64,000 nucleotides of DNA from contig CAWAIF010000003.1 in the NCBI GenBank assembly GCA_963782055.1, positions 4,416,001 to 4,480,000 of the forward strand. Direction: 5' to 3'. The position numbers were made by a program, and so were the translations under genes. This document shows, in pieces, positions 39,608 to 50,028 of the stretch. A model generated the notes under the pieces. The model worked only from the letters and a program-made list of their open reading frames with translations, did not search any database and was not told where the DNA came from. The stretch's first letter is position 1; each line of letters starts with the position of its first letter. The DNA is from an uncultured delta proteobacterium (GTDB taxonomy: Bacteria > Myxococcota_A > Polyangia > Polyangiales > Polyangiaceae).

Positions 39608-41643
39608 ATTGGTAGATCCTTACACCTTGGCCGCCCTACGGCGGCGGTTGGAGTCAAGACCCCCTCTCAAACCGTGCGTGCGGATTTCCCGCACACGGCT
39701 TACCGGTGGTCTCTCGTGACGCGGCATTACGCGGCCTCCGGGTAGCGGATGGTCCCGCGCAGGCGGTGGAGCCCGAAGCCTTCGACGAAGTAGTCGCGGG
39801 TCCAGCGCTCGGCTTGTCCGGCCTTGAGCTTCGAGCCGGCCCGTTTCAGGCGCAGCGCTCGAAGCCGTTCGTACACGTACTCGTCGAGTCGGTTGAACTT
39901 CACGTCGGCGTTCCCGGTGCGAAAGTACTCGCCCCAGCCACGCAGCACGGGGTTGAGCTGCGCGACGACGTCGCGCAGGTCCGCGTGGCAGCGTGATCGC
40001 GGGGTGAGGTCCCTCACGCGCTGCCGGATCCGCTTCATCGCGCGAGCCGATGGCCAGCGCTGGAGGAAGTACACGCGTTTGCGCGACCTCTCCCAGATGG
40101 ACCCGCTCAAGCGTTTCCGCAGGTGGCAGCCGAGGAAGTCGAACCCCTTCTTACCCCAGGAGAGGTCCAGCTTCCTCGTCTTGTCCGGGTGCAGCTCAAG
40201 CCCGAGTCGCGTCATCACGTGCTTCACGCGAAGCTCGGCCTCGTCGACGTCACGCTTCGTCCTGCACATCACGACGAAGTCGTCCGCATAACGAACCAGC
40301 TCGCCAAGATGCGCGCACCGCTTCGTCCACACGTCGTCGAGCACGGCGAGGTAGATGTTCGAGAGCAGCGGCGAGATCACCCCGCCCTGCGGCGTGCCGC
40401 TGGAGGGGTTGGTCACCGTGCCTTCGTCCATCACCCCCGCCGTGAGCCACTGCCGCAGCAGCTTGAGCACCCTCCGGTCCGAGATGCGCCGCTCGACGAG
40501 CTTCATCAGCTTGTCGTGATCGATGCTCCCGAAGTAGTCACGGATGTCGGCGTCGAGCACGTGGTTGTACCCCTTCGCGCCGAGCTTCCTCAGCGTCTCC
40601 AGGGCGTCCGTCGCGCTCCGCCCGATACGGAAGCCGTACGAGCACGAGCGAAAGCTCGCCTCGAAGATCGGCTCCAGCACGAGCTTCGTCGCCATCTGCA
40701 CCACCCGGTCTCGGACCGTCGGGATCCCAAGCGGCCGCTTCTTCCCATCGGCCTTCGGGATGTACCGGCGCAGCACCGCTGCCGGCCGGTACCTGCCTGC
40801 ACGGAGCACGTCATGGATCTCTCCGAGGAGTCGATCCACTCCGTACACCTCGAGCGCCGCGATCGTCTGGGCATCGACGCCCGCGGCTCCCTTGTTCCTC
40901 CTTACCCGCTTCCACGCTTCCGCGAGGACGTCACGCCTCGCGATGCGGTCATACAGCGCGTGGAATCGGCGCTCCGGATGCCGCTTGGCCGCGGCACACA
41001 GCCGGCGTTGCAGTTGTCGCACTTTGTCCATGGGCTGTCGCCGATGGGGGTGGTTGGGACCGGTCTCGCCGGCCATGCCCTCGCGCTTACCTGCTCCGCC
41101 GACACGACCACTGCAGGGGTCTTTCCCTCCTGCCGCGTTGTTCTTCACGGCGTTCGTTCGCGAAGCTCGCGCCTCGCTCTTCGGTACAGTGACCCCCTCG
41201 GACTCCCGCTGCGCAGCGGCCGACTTCGCCTCTGGCTTATACGACGCGCCTTGCCCCGACGAGGGCGACGCAGACGGGCCTCCCGAGTTCCGCACTCCTC
41301 CTTGCACGCGTGCTGCGCTCCCTACCCCGCCGGGACCGACGGCGCGTTTCGGATCTGGCGCCGCCGATATTGCCTTCGCCGCGACATGATCGGCTCGGCT
41401 CCCGGTTTGTAGATCTGACGAGGCTGCAAGCTTCACTTCATGTTGCGGCCCGCGTGCTCGCTCGGTCCGTGGACCCTTTCGACGCCCCGCTCGGCCGACG
41501 GGATCTCTCCCGCTCGGCTGGGGCCTGCTACCCGGCGCTCCGACGCTTACCGGTGCGGGACTCTCACCCGCTGGAGAAGCGCAGCTTGAGGCAGGTCGTT
41601 CGTCGGGCATGCCCGACGGACGACCTGCTTCTTCACGGCGCAC
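39608..41643 (-). mobile_element. Group II intron
   Basis: 5' GTGCG at 41643; domain V AAGCCGTGTGCGGGAAATCCGCACGCACGGTT; 3' end CTACCAAT. Confidence 0.92.
39727..41031 (-). CDS. ltrA: Group II intron reverse transcriptase/maturase, no endonuclease domain
   Basis: NKGAAGVD, RPLGIPTVRDR, GTPQGGVISPLL, YADD, LRGWGEYF. Confidence 0.95.
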   Translation of the reverse strand: MDKVRQLQRRLCAAAKRHPERRFHALYDRIARRDVLAEAWKRVRRNKGAAGVDAQTIAALEVYGVDRLLGEIHDVLRAGRYRPAAVLRRYIPKADGKKRPLGIPTVRDRVVQMATKLVLEPIFEASFRSCSYGFRIGRSATDALETLRKLGAKGYNHVLDADIRDYFGSIDHDKLMKLVERRISDRRVLKLLRQWLTAGVMDEGTVTNPSSGTPQGGVISPLLSNIYLAVLDDVWTKRCAHLGELVRYADDFVVMCRTKRDVDEAELRVKHVMTRLGLELHPDKTRKLDLSWGKKGFDFLGCHLRKRLSGSIWERSRKRVYFLQRWPSARAMKRIRQRVRDLTPRSRCHADLRDVVAQLNPVLRGWGEYFRTGNADVKFNRLDEYVYERLRALRLKRAGSKLKAGQAERWTRDYFVEGFGLHRLRGTIRYPEAA

Positions 41644-42303
41644 CATGGGGCTACGTTACTCAACGTGCGTGGGAAAGCGCAATTCTCGACAGCTGCCCGT
41701 TCCACCCGGAGGGCGGTTGCGGCCTCGAGAAGCTCGGGAGCTACCCCCGCGTCGAGCCCGCAGGCGTGCGCGTCGCGCGCTGGTGGTGCCCCAGGCAGCG
41801 GGCGTCGATCAGCCTCTTGCCGTCGTTCCTCGCGGCGCGGCTCTCCGGCACGCTCGCCGCGGTCGAAGACGTCGTCACCGCGGTGGAGGCCGCCGGCGGT
41901 GTCGCGGCGGCGGTGGACGCGGTGCACCCGCCGGACGCCGACGACGCCGTCGGGCTCGTGTGCGCGCTGAGGTCGATCCGTCGGCGGGCATCGGCGGTGC
42001 GCGCCGCGCTGCTCGCGATCGCGACGCTGATGCCCGAGCGGTTCGCAGGCGTCAGGCCGACGCTCGCCGCCTTCCGCGAGGCGCTCGGGTGCCATCGCGT
42101 GCTCGTCGTGCTGCGCGAGCTCGGCGAGCGGCACCTCGGTGCGTTGCCCGTCCCTCTCGGATTGCGCACGCGGGCGACCGGGTGACCGGGGGTCGCCGCG
42201 GCCGGCCCACACGAAAGGGTGCCGGCTGCCGGCGGCGATCTCGCCGAGCTTGCCGGCACGCCGCTCGGAAAGGGTCCGGGCGAGCGCACCGAAGGCATCC
42301 GCC

Positions 42304-43191
42304 ATGCACACCGATTCCCACGACACACCGACACCCGAGATCGACGAGCGCCGGCGCGAGATCGCGCTCTTCCGCTACGGCGTCATCGCCGACCTCGTGC
42401 ACCTCGAGCCGCACCACCGCGGCCTCTATGCGCTGCTCGCAAAGAAGGCCGAGCTCGACTACACGATCCCCGGCTCGCTGCGCCGGCACGTCGCGCCGGA
42501 GACGATGCGCGGCTGGCTCCGTGCCTACCGCCAAGGTGGCTTCGATGCACTCGCGCCGCGCGTACGAGCCGACCAGGGCAGCACGCGGTCGATCCCGATG
42601 CACGTCGTCGACCTGCTCTGCCAGATGAAGGAGGACTCGCCCGAGCTCTCGATCCCCGCGCTGATCAAGGTCGCACGCGCCGACCACGCCCACGTCGTCA
42701 CCGACGAGGTCGCGCTCCCCGAGTCGACGGTGCACCGCGTGCTCGCGCGCCGCGGGCTCATGAAGAAGCAGCCCGAGGAGCCGACGAGCAAAGACCGGCG
42801 TCGCTTCGAGCACGAGAGCGCCGGCGACCTCTGGATGAGCGACGACTCCGAGAACCGCCTAACCGTCGTGCTCGTCGGCCATCCCGAGCTGCGCCGCCGC
42901 ATGAGCATGGCAGCCCTCGACGCCCTCGCGCAGCGCGTCGTCGTGCGCGCCCACGTCCGCGGGCTCACGCGCGAGGAGATGGGCCCGTACCTCGCCCATC
43001 GCCTCCATCTCGCCGCCTCCGACGTCCCACTCTTCGAGCCGCCGACCGTCGAGGCGATCTTCCAGGCGTCGAGCGGCTTGCCGCGCAAGGCCAACGGGCT
43101 CGCCCATCACGCACTCTTCGCCGCCGCCATCGCCAAGGCGAAGTCCGTCACCACCGAGCATGTCCAGGCGGCGATGCAGGAGGTCGCGTAG
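42304..43191 (+). pseudogene. Deletion fusion: DDE transposase N-terminus + ExeA-like ATPase C-terminus
   Basis: IALFRYGVI...RRRFE..GDLWMSD joined in frame to DSENRLTVVLVGHPEL...SSGLPRKAN. Confidence 0.8.
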
Positions 43192-43569
43192 AGCCACCCG
43201 CACCGGTCACCGACGACGTCGGGGGGCTCGCGCTCGTACCGCGGTGCCCCGGCGTCTCGCTCTTGTCCCACGGCTCCCACCGCGGGAAGCGATCACGCAG
43301 ACCGAGAGCGCAGCCCGGTGGCGTCACGACGGAGCGTGGGGCGCTGGCGGTGGAAGAGCGTGGGAGACAACATCTCGTCGATGACCTCGTCGGTCGCGTC
43401 GAACAGCGACCACTTCAGCGAGCTCGACCCGACGTTCAGCGCAAGGACACGATCCAGCATCACTCTCCGTGCGGTCGTTCACGCGGTGGTTCCGGGCGGA
43501 GGTCGGCGTCTCCCCGCATCGCCCCGCCGTGCCGCGGAGCGAGTCGCCAGACGCCGGAACGACGAGGTG

Positions 43570-43821
43570 CTTCGGGCCCCCGCACCAGACGCAGCCCCGC
43601 GCAGCCACCGCCCGGGCCATCGCCTCGTCGATCTTCGTCAGCCTCCCGAAAAACTCGCTCCCGAGCTCGATCTGGTCGAACATGTCCACCTCCGGTCTCG
43701 ACAACTCGGAGGCGAGCCCCTCAGAAGGTCTTCGGACAAGTTTTCTGAGGGGCTTCGTCTATCCGCCCCTCGCGGAACGTGACCAGATCGGCGCGTCTCT
43801 CCCTCGATCTACGTGACGCTG
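43570..43821 (-). mobile_element. Second copy of the unclassified transposon end; truncates the integrase
   Basis: Reverse complement of 7313-7376 + 9037-9220. Confidence 0.75.
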
Positions 43822-44362
43822 CTCACCAGTACGCGCGCAGCGCCTCGAGCAGTCGTGGGCTGAGCATCACGTAACGCTCGCGCCCGCGCTTGGTGTGGCG
43901 CACATGCAGCAGCATGCGCTTCGGATCGATGTCGTCGACGCGCAGCTTGCAGACCTCGCTGACGCGCAGACCGGCACCGTAGGCCAGCATCACGAGCACC
44001 CGGTGCTTGTCGGTCGCGAGCGCGCCGAGCAGCTTCTCCACCTCGACGTGCGTCAGCACCACCGGCACGTGCATCGGCACCCGCATGCGTGGCATCAGGG
44101 CGATCTCCTTGGGCCGCCCGAGCGTCACCGCGTACAGGAACTTCAGCGCCCCGGCGTAGACGTTGAACGTCGCGGCGGCCACCCGGCGCTCCTGCGCGAG
44201 GTGTAGCAGGAATGTGCGGATCTCGTCGGCGCCCATCGCGCACGGGGAGCGACGGAAGTGCTCGGCGAACTTCCGCGCGCACCGCACGTAGGCGTCGATC
44301 GTGTTGGCGCTCATGCCTCGCAGCGCCAGGTCCTCTCGCATCTTGTCGCGTAGTCTTCGCAT
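43822..44362 (-). pseudogene. Second tyrosine recombinase, 3'-truncated
   Basis: Close paralog of 29986-30831; stops after LRAYW, lacks HxxR/H/Y. Confidence 0.9.
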
Positions 44363-44533
44363 CGCGGCCTCCTTCGGCTCGCGCGCGCCCGAGAGCGGGC
44401 GGCGCGAAGACTCAGGATCGCAGGGGCGGGCAGGAGCTACGAGACGGACTCGCGCCGCCGCTGCGAGGGCGACCTGTCAAGCAGGCCACGGCGTCCATGC
44501 GAAGCGATGCTGCCGCGCAGTGGCTTCGTCCAA

Positions 44534-44585
44534 GATGGATTTCGTAAACTTTCGCGCCCGACCGCGCATAGGATTTCCTATGCGC
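44534..44585 (+). repeat. Right half of 100-bp unit (copy 12)
   Basis: Preceded by the same element arm GCTTCGTCCAA (44523-44533). Confidence 0.93.
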
Positions 44586-44758
44586 CCGGCGCCATCGTCG
44601 CCGCCTGACGCTCTGCCCCTCCTCACCCAGACCACCCGATCCACGCGTGCGGCCCGCGAGCGGGCCGTGGGGGCCCCCCCACCCATCCCCGTATGGGTCC
44701 GCAGACTGCGGGCAGCTGAGGGCTGACGTATCGATGCGGCTGTGCTAGCTCGGACCGC

Positions 44759-45772
44759 ATGCGTACCTCCGCCGTTCGACGTCCTGTTTTCCTCGCCTTC
44801 GTGCTCGCGACTGGCTCGGCCAGCTATCTCCTCGCCTGTGGGGGCGGCGATGGAGACACCAACGACGCGGGCCTGGACGTGCAGACGACCGACCAGAGCG
44901 TACCCGACGTGATGGTCCCCGACAGCGGCTCCGACGCCGCCGCCGATGCGCCCGTCGAGACGGGCCCGGCGTGCAACCTGTCGGACCCTTTCGCGACGCC
45001 GACGGTGCTCTCGTCGCTCAACAACGACGCCGGCGCGAACACGCGCGGCGCCCGCCTGTCGACCGATTACCTCACCGCGTACTACCAGTACGGCAACCTC
45101 CTCTTCACCGCGAAGCGGTCGTCGCCCAGCGGCGACACGTTCGGCTCGTATACCGAGCTGTCCTCGCTCAACGCCGACGCAGGCGCGAGCTCCAACCCGA
45201 CGGTGTCCTCGGATCAGCTCACCATCTACTTCGCCTCGACGCGGGCGGGGACGTCGCAGATCTACTTCGCGACGCGCGCATCGACGAGCGACCCGTTCGG
45301 GTCGCCCGGTCTCGTCGCCGGCTTGCCGACCGGGGCGCTCTCGGCGCCGTTCCTCCAGGGTGACGGCAGCACGCTTTACTTCGTCGCCTCGGGCGTCGCC
45401 GACGCGGGAACCGGCAGCGCCGACATCTGGAGCGCGAAGGTGAACAGCGCCGGCTCGGTCACGAACCCGGTCGAGGTCGCCGAGCTGAACACCACCGGCC
45501 CCGACGGCCCGGTCGGCGTCACCGCCGACGGCCTCACCGCCTACTTCTCTCGACTCCAGTCGATCGACGGCGGGCCGGCGAACCACTTCAAGATCTGGAA
45601 AGCGACGCGCACCAGCACCTCGGATCCGTTCTCCAACATCGTCGCCGCCGCCGAGCTCGAGGGGCCCGACTCGGTCAACGACGACATGGCGTGGGTCTCG
45701 AACGATGGATGCCAGGTCACCCTGTCGAGCTTCCGCACCGGCGGGAGCAACATCTTCATCGCCAACAAGTAG
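44759..45772 (+). CDS. PD40/TolB-like beta-propeller lipoprotein
   Basis: Lipobox LLAC; repeats S.D.LT.YFAS.R and ATR.STSDPF. Confidence 0.8.
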   Translation: MRTSAVRRPVFLAFVLATGSASYLLACGGGDGDTNDAGLDVQTTDQSVPDVMVPDSGSDAAADAPVETGPACNLSDPFATPTVLSSLNNDAGANTRGARLSTDYLTAYYQYGNLLFTAKRSSPSGDTFGSYTELSSLNADAGASSNPTVSSDQLTIYFASTRAGTSQIYFATRASTSDPFGSPGLVAGLPTGALSAPFLQGDGSTLYFVASGVADAGTGSADIWSAKVNSAGSVTNPVEVAELNTTGPDGPVGVTADGLTAYFSRLQSIDGGPANHFKIWKATRTSTSDPFSNIVAAAELEGPDSVNDDMAWVSNDGCQVTLSSFRTGGSNIFIANK

Positions 45773-46430
45773 ACGACGGGGGCCTGGGCCAGGCGATGGA
45801 GCGCCGCCGCGTACGTGCCGTCGGCCCGCGCGACCGCGAGCTCGTGGAGCAGGCGCGGGACGCGCGCGCAGAGCGCCCGGAAGCCGTGGCGGCACGCGGC
45901 CTGCGCGAGCGCGGCGCCAAGGTAGCTCTTGCCGACGCCGGTGTGGCCGACGGCGATGACGTTCTGCTTGGTGCGCACCCACTGGCACGTCGCGAGGCTG
46001 CGCACGACGGCGCGGTCCAGACCGCGCTCCGGCTCGCACGACACGTCCTCCAGGCAGGCGTGGAGCCCGAGCTTGGCTTGCTTGATCCGGCGCGCGAGCG
46101 CCTTGTTCTGCCGGTCGTTCCACTCGCAGTCGACGAGCAGCCCGAGCTGCTCCTCGAAGGAGAGCCGGTGCCCCGGCGGCTTGTTCGCGAGCTCCCGGAG
46201 CGCGTCGCGCCATCGCCCGCATCCTGAGCTCATGCAACTTCTTGATCGTTTCCTCCAGAATCATCGCTCGTCTCCTTCTTGTCGAAGTGCTCGCCCCCGC
46301 GGATGTTCTCGTGGACGACGATGCGGGGAGCGGTCTCGTCGTCGAGCGGTGCGCGGTCGAGACCGCGCTTCAAGATCGCCTCGACGCTCTTGCGCGTCGG
46401 GGCTCCGATGGCGACCGCGCGGCGGCCCCC
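45773..46430 (-). pseudogene. IS21 remnant (istA 3' end + frameshifted, truncated istB)
   Basis: MILEETIKKLHEL, LSFEEQLGLLVD.E, Walker A GHTGVGKS. Confidence 0.85.
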
Positions 46431-46810
46431 GTCTTCGACTTCATCCCATCAGTTTCGAGGAACTCCCGCAGCTTCTCCAGATGTAGCTCCGCCCGAGCAC
46501 ATGCTGCCGCCGAAACTTCACCCCGCATAACTTCCGCCCCTTGAGCGCCCGCCAATCATCTCCTCCGACCGTGTAGCTCCCTCCCGCCGCATCCGGCGCG
46601 CATACGTGTGAAGGAGAAAGAGCGAGGGGGCTTCGTGCGGTGCCATGCCCTCCCACAGCGGAAGAATCATGACGGCCGCAGTCACCCCTCCCCCTGGTCC
46701 ACCAAGAAGGCCGGCGGGATTCTTCCGCGGCTCGGCGTGGCACCGCACGAAGCCCCCTCGCGACGCCCAGACGCGTTCGACGAATCGGAGGAGGGCCCTG
46801 TCCCCCTCGT

Positions 46811-47002
46811 CCCCCGCGCCGAGGTCCGAACAGGGGGGCACCCAGCCTCCCCGATGGCGCGCGCAGCGCGACATCGAGGGGAGGGGCGCCACGCGCAGGG
46901 CTCGCGCGCAAGCCTTCGTGCGTGCCGACGTTGTTGCATTCTGCACCCATCGACGGCGCGCGCGAAGGCGAGCACGAGCCCGAGCATGGCGCCTGGAGGG
47001 GC
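46811..47002 (+). repeat. ~190-bp repeat B, copy 2
   Basis: Similar to 21785-21973. Confidence 0.8.
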
Positions 47003-47004
47003 CC

Positions 47005-47145
47005 CCTACTCCTACGAGCCCGACACCTTCCGCCTCACCGAGCAGACCACCACCCGGGCGAGCGACAGCGCCACACTCCAGGACGCCACCCTCACCTACG
47101 ACCCCGTCGGCAACATCGTGGAGATCGACGACGGCGCCGAGCTGG
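47005..47145 (+). pseudogene. Rhs fragment
   Basis: YSYEPDTFRL...LQD..LTYDPVGNIVEIDD. Confidence 0.75.
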
Positions 47146-47231
47146 CCGGTGAGGACCAACATGCGGCACTCGCCGCCGTCGCTCGCGTACTTCCACGCGC
47201 TGAAGGGCGGCCCCCGATGATGCCTATTCTC

Positions 47232-47943
47232 TCAGTGAGCGCGCGGGCACCTGCGCCGCTTGACCGACTCGAGCTCGACTTCGGTGTCGATCGGCACGCG
47301 GACGTCGCGCGGAGCGCCGAGCACTGCGTCCGCCGGGACGAGCGCGACCACCGGTGCGCGCGGGCGTGTGCCGCATCCCGGGTTGCCGCACGCGTTGACG
47401 CACTCCCTCACGACGCGGAGGCGCGTGGCCACGAGGACGGGCGTCGCCACGAAGACCTCGTGCGACGAGGTCATCGCGACCGTGGGCAGCGCCGCGCACG
47501 AGGGAGGCGCGACGACGAGCCAATGACTTCCGCGGTAGAGCGCCGGGCGGTTGCCGGCGGCGGACGACGCCAGCTCGACCTCCCGCGTGACGCTCAGCGG
47601 CACGAACGCCTGGGCGCGCAGCGCAGCATCGACGGCCGCGGCCCTGCGCTCGTCCTCGTAAGCCTGATCTCGCTCGGGCGTGTTGCGGCACGTCGCGGAC
47701 GCGGGCGTCGGCGGACCCGGTGCAGGGAGCGGGTCTGGCGGCGTGAAGACGATCGACGTGGGCCGTGTCGCCTCCGACGCGTCGCCGGCGTCGATCGGCG
47801 CGACCTCGCGCGCCGCGCTCGGCTGCTCGACGGCGTCGTGGGCAGCGGGTGTCGGGGACGGCGGCGGCCGTGAAGGCGCGCACGTCACCGGAACGGTGAG
47901 GGTCACGAAGAGGGCGGCGAGCGCGGAGCGCGGCGTCGGCATG
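47232..47943 (-). CDS. Putative exported protein
   Basis: Hydrophobic N-terminus with Cys, Pro-rich linker, DAG. Confidence 0.55.
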
Positions 47944-48071
47944 AGCTCGTTGATCCAGCGCACCATGCTAGCGCGCTTCGGCGAGCCCCGTGCCGGTGAA
48001 GCTCATCGGCGTGCGTCCGCGGTCGAAGCGGAAGGAGAGCGGCGACCGCGGACGTTGCCGTCGACGGCGGG

Positions 48072-48610
48072 GTGGACGGCGCGGCGGACGCCGGGGGCCG
48101 CTGCGATCCGAACAAGCCTTTCGGCGCGCCGCAACCGGTGCCCGAGCTGAACAGCGCGTTCGACGACAGCAGCCCGCACCTCTCGTGGGACGAGCGCATC
48201 GTCTACTTCTCCAGGCGGCCCACGTCCGATACCGACCCGTTCAAGATCTACTGGGCGCAGCGAAGCTCGCCCTCGGATCCGTTCGGCACGGCGGCGCTGG
48301 TCCCCGTCGTCAACACCGCGCCGGACAGCGGCGCCAGCGACGTTCAGCCGATGGTGACCAAGAACAATCTCGTCCTCTATTTCACGTCATTCCGAAACGG
48401 CACGGACGACCTCTTCACGGCGACTCGCGCGACCGGCGGCTCGCCGGCGACCAACCCGTTCGGGAACGTCACGCCCCTCGCCAACCTCAACAACTCCAAT
48501 CGTGGCGACGCCCACGCGTTCCTGTCAGCCGATGGAAGCGAGCTCTGGTACACGTCGAGCGTCGCCAAGGGTCAGCCCGAAGCAATCTATCGAGCCCTGG
48601 GCCCGGCGTT
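48072..48610 (+). pseudogene. PD40-type propeller fragment
   Basis: Paralog of 44759 and 62670; lacks both ends. Confidence 0.7.
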
Positions 48611-48619
48611 CGCCTCTTG

Positions 48620-49005
48620 CGGGCGCCAAACCCGAGCTCGCCCTTCGCCTTCGCGGCCGCGTTGAGCGCCTTGCCCGCGTCGTACGCGATGGGATAGTCG
48701 GGCACGTCACGGGGGAGCACGTCGCGGCCGGGCGCGGTGAAGCGATTGGCCACGCTCCTCGCGGGTCGTCCGGAGATGGCGCGCGTCATCACGGTGTGCC
48801 CCGCGGCGTCGCTCTGGAGCGCGGCCCTGTATCCGGCGTCGGCGTGCGACTCGTCGCACCCGACGAACGCCGTGCCCAGCTGTGCCGCGCTCGCGCCGAG
48901 GCGAAGGACCGCGGCGATGCCCGCGCCGTCCATGACGCCGCCGGCGGCGATGACCGGCCAATCCACCTCGCGCACCAGCAGCCGCGTCAGCGCCAGCGTA
49001 CCGAG
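48620..49005 (-). pseudogene. Nitronate monooxygenase fragment
   Basis: PVIAAGGVMDG, LGA.AAQLGTAF, T.AISGRPAR. Confidence 0.85.
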
Positions 49006-49043
49006 ACGGTTCACGGTGTGCCCGCGGCGTCGCTCTGGAGCGC

Positions 49044-49080
49044 GGCCCGTCCGGTCTCAGCGGAAGGACGGACCAGGGTG
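49044..49080 (-). repeat. Partial 100-bp unit (left hairpin), reverse
   Basis: Reverse complement CACCCTGGTCCGTCCTTCC...CCGGACGG. Confidence 0.85.
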
Positions 49081-49230
49081 ACGCGTGCGTCGCCTGGCTC
49101 TTGCCCGAGGCCCAGGGCACCAGCTCCACGGTGACGCCGCAACGCGGGCAGTCCACGCGGCGCAGGGCAGGGACGCCCACACGCTCCTGCGGTGCGAGCC
49201 CCGTGACGAGCGCCGAGCGATCCGCTTCAC
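49081..49230 (-). pseudogene. ISL3 transposase zinc-finger fragment
   Basis: RRVDCPRCGVTVELVPWA. Confidence 0.65.
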
Positions 49231-49337
49231 GTCAACCCGCGGATCCGGCGGGGGGCCCTCATTTGAGGTCCGAGGTGCCCGTCGCCAGTGACCTTGTCGC
49301 GCATTGTTGAAGAGCGGCCAGTTGCCGCCTGTCGTAG

Positions 49338-49856
49338 TCAATCGTTGTTGAAGCGATCCACCAAGACGACGCGCGCGCCGTCTTCGATCGTGATCTCGAA
49401 GAGATCCTCGCCGTCCATCCCGTCGGCAAACTCCACGCGGACGTGATCGTAGAGGTGGCCTGCAACGATGGCCGGCGCGCTGCCCGCGCGCGGCGGACCG
49501 GCGAGCGACCTGCGTTCGTCGTCGACGGCGCGACGGGCTTCGGCGCCGGCCTTCGGCTCTTGCCACTCGGCGACGACGAGGAGCGGTCTACCGCGATCGG
49601 CGGGCGCGATGAGGTGCTGCACCGCGTACGCGCGGGCGACCGCGCACGCTACGGGCCGCGCTGGCGGCGCTCCCACTGCGGCGATCTCGGCCTCCATCGC
49701 CCGGCGGACGAGCTCGTCGTCGACATCGGCGCGCACCGGCGGGGGTCGAGGCGCGCTCGCGACGGGAGGCGTTGGCAGCGGCAGCGGCTCGGGCGCCACG
49801 ACGGGCGGGTGCGAGCACGCCGTGGCAACGATTCCGAACACCAGCGCGAGCCGCAC
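49338..49856 (-). CDS. Lipoprotein
   Basis: Lipobox ATAC, Pro-rich linker. Confidence 0.6.
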   Translation of the reverse strand: MRLALVFGIVATACSHPPVVAPEPLPLPTPPVASAPRPPPVRADVDDELVRRAMEAEIAAVGAPPARPVACAVARAYAVQHLIAPADRGRPLLVVAEWQEPKAGAEARRAVDDERRSLAGPPRAGSAPAIVAGHLYDHVRVEFADGMDGEDLFEITIEDGARVVLVDRFNND

Positions 49857-50028
49857 CCTCTCATGTACGCGGCCCCCGCGCCCCGGCTTCCCCTGGCCCG
49901 GAGCGTTCCTCCGACGGACGTGTGTGCGGGTCTCCGCGGCCGGCGGCCCGTGCCACCCCGACGCGGCCGCCGTCTGCGACGCGGGCTTGATCTGCGCTTC
50001 CTCCGAAGCGCGCGTGCCGTGGCGCGAT

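Larger units (their letters stand above)
38166..41647 (+). mobile_element. IS4-family element with a group II intron in its right IR
   Basis: IRs CATGGCCAGATC / CATG|GCCCGATC; 10-bp TSD GGGCTACGTT at 38156-38165 and 41648-41657. Confidence 0.92.
38121..42185 (+). pseudogene. Transposon accessory Cys/His protein split by IS4
   Basis: VQVLWKCPLSDEGYV (38121-38165) continues TQRAWESAILDSCPFH at 41658. Confidence 0.75.

Noticed and set aside
39727..41031. RT as retron, DGR or defence RT
   Set aside because: Intron 5' GTGCG, domain V/VI and maturase motifs identify a group II intron; no TR/VR pair seen
46441..46550. DUF559-like endonuclease (LKGRKLCGVKFRRQHVLG)
   Set aside because: Only a ~30-codon remnant, too short to call as a gene
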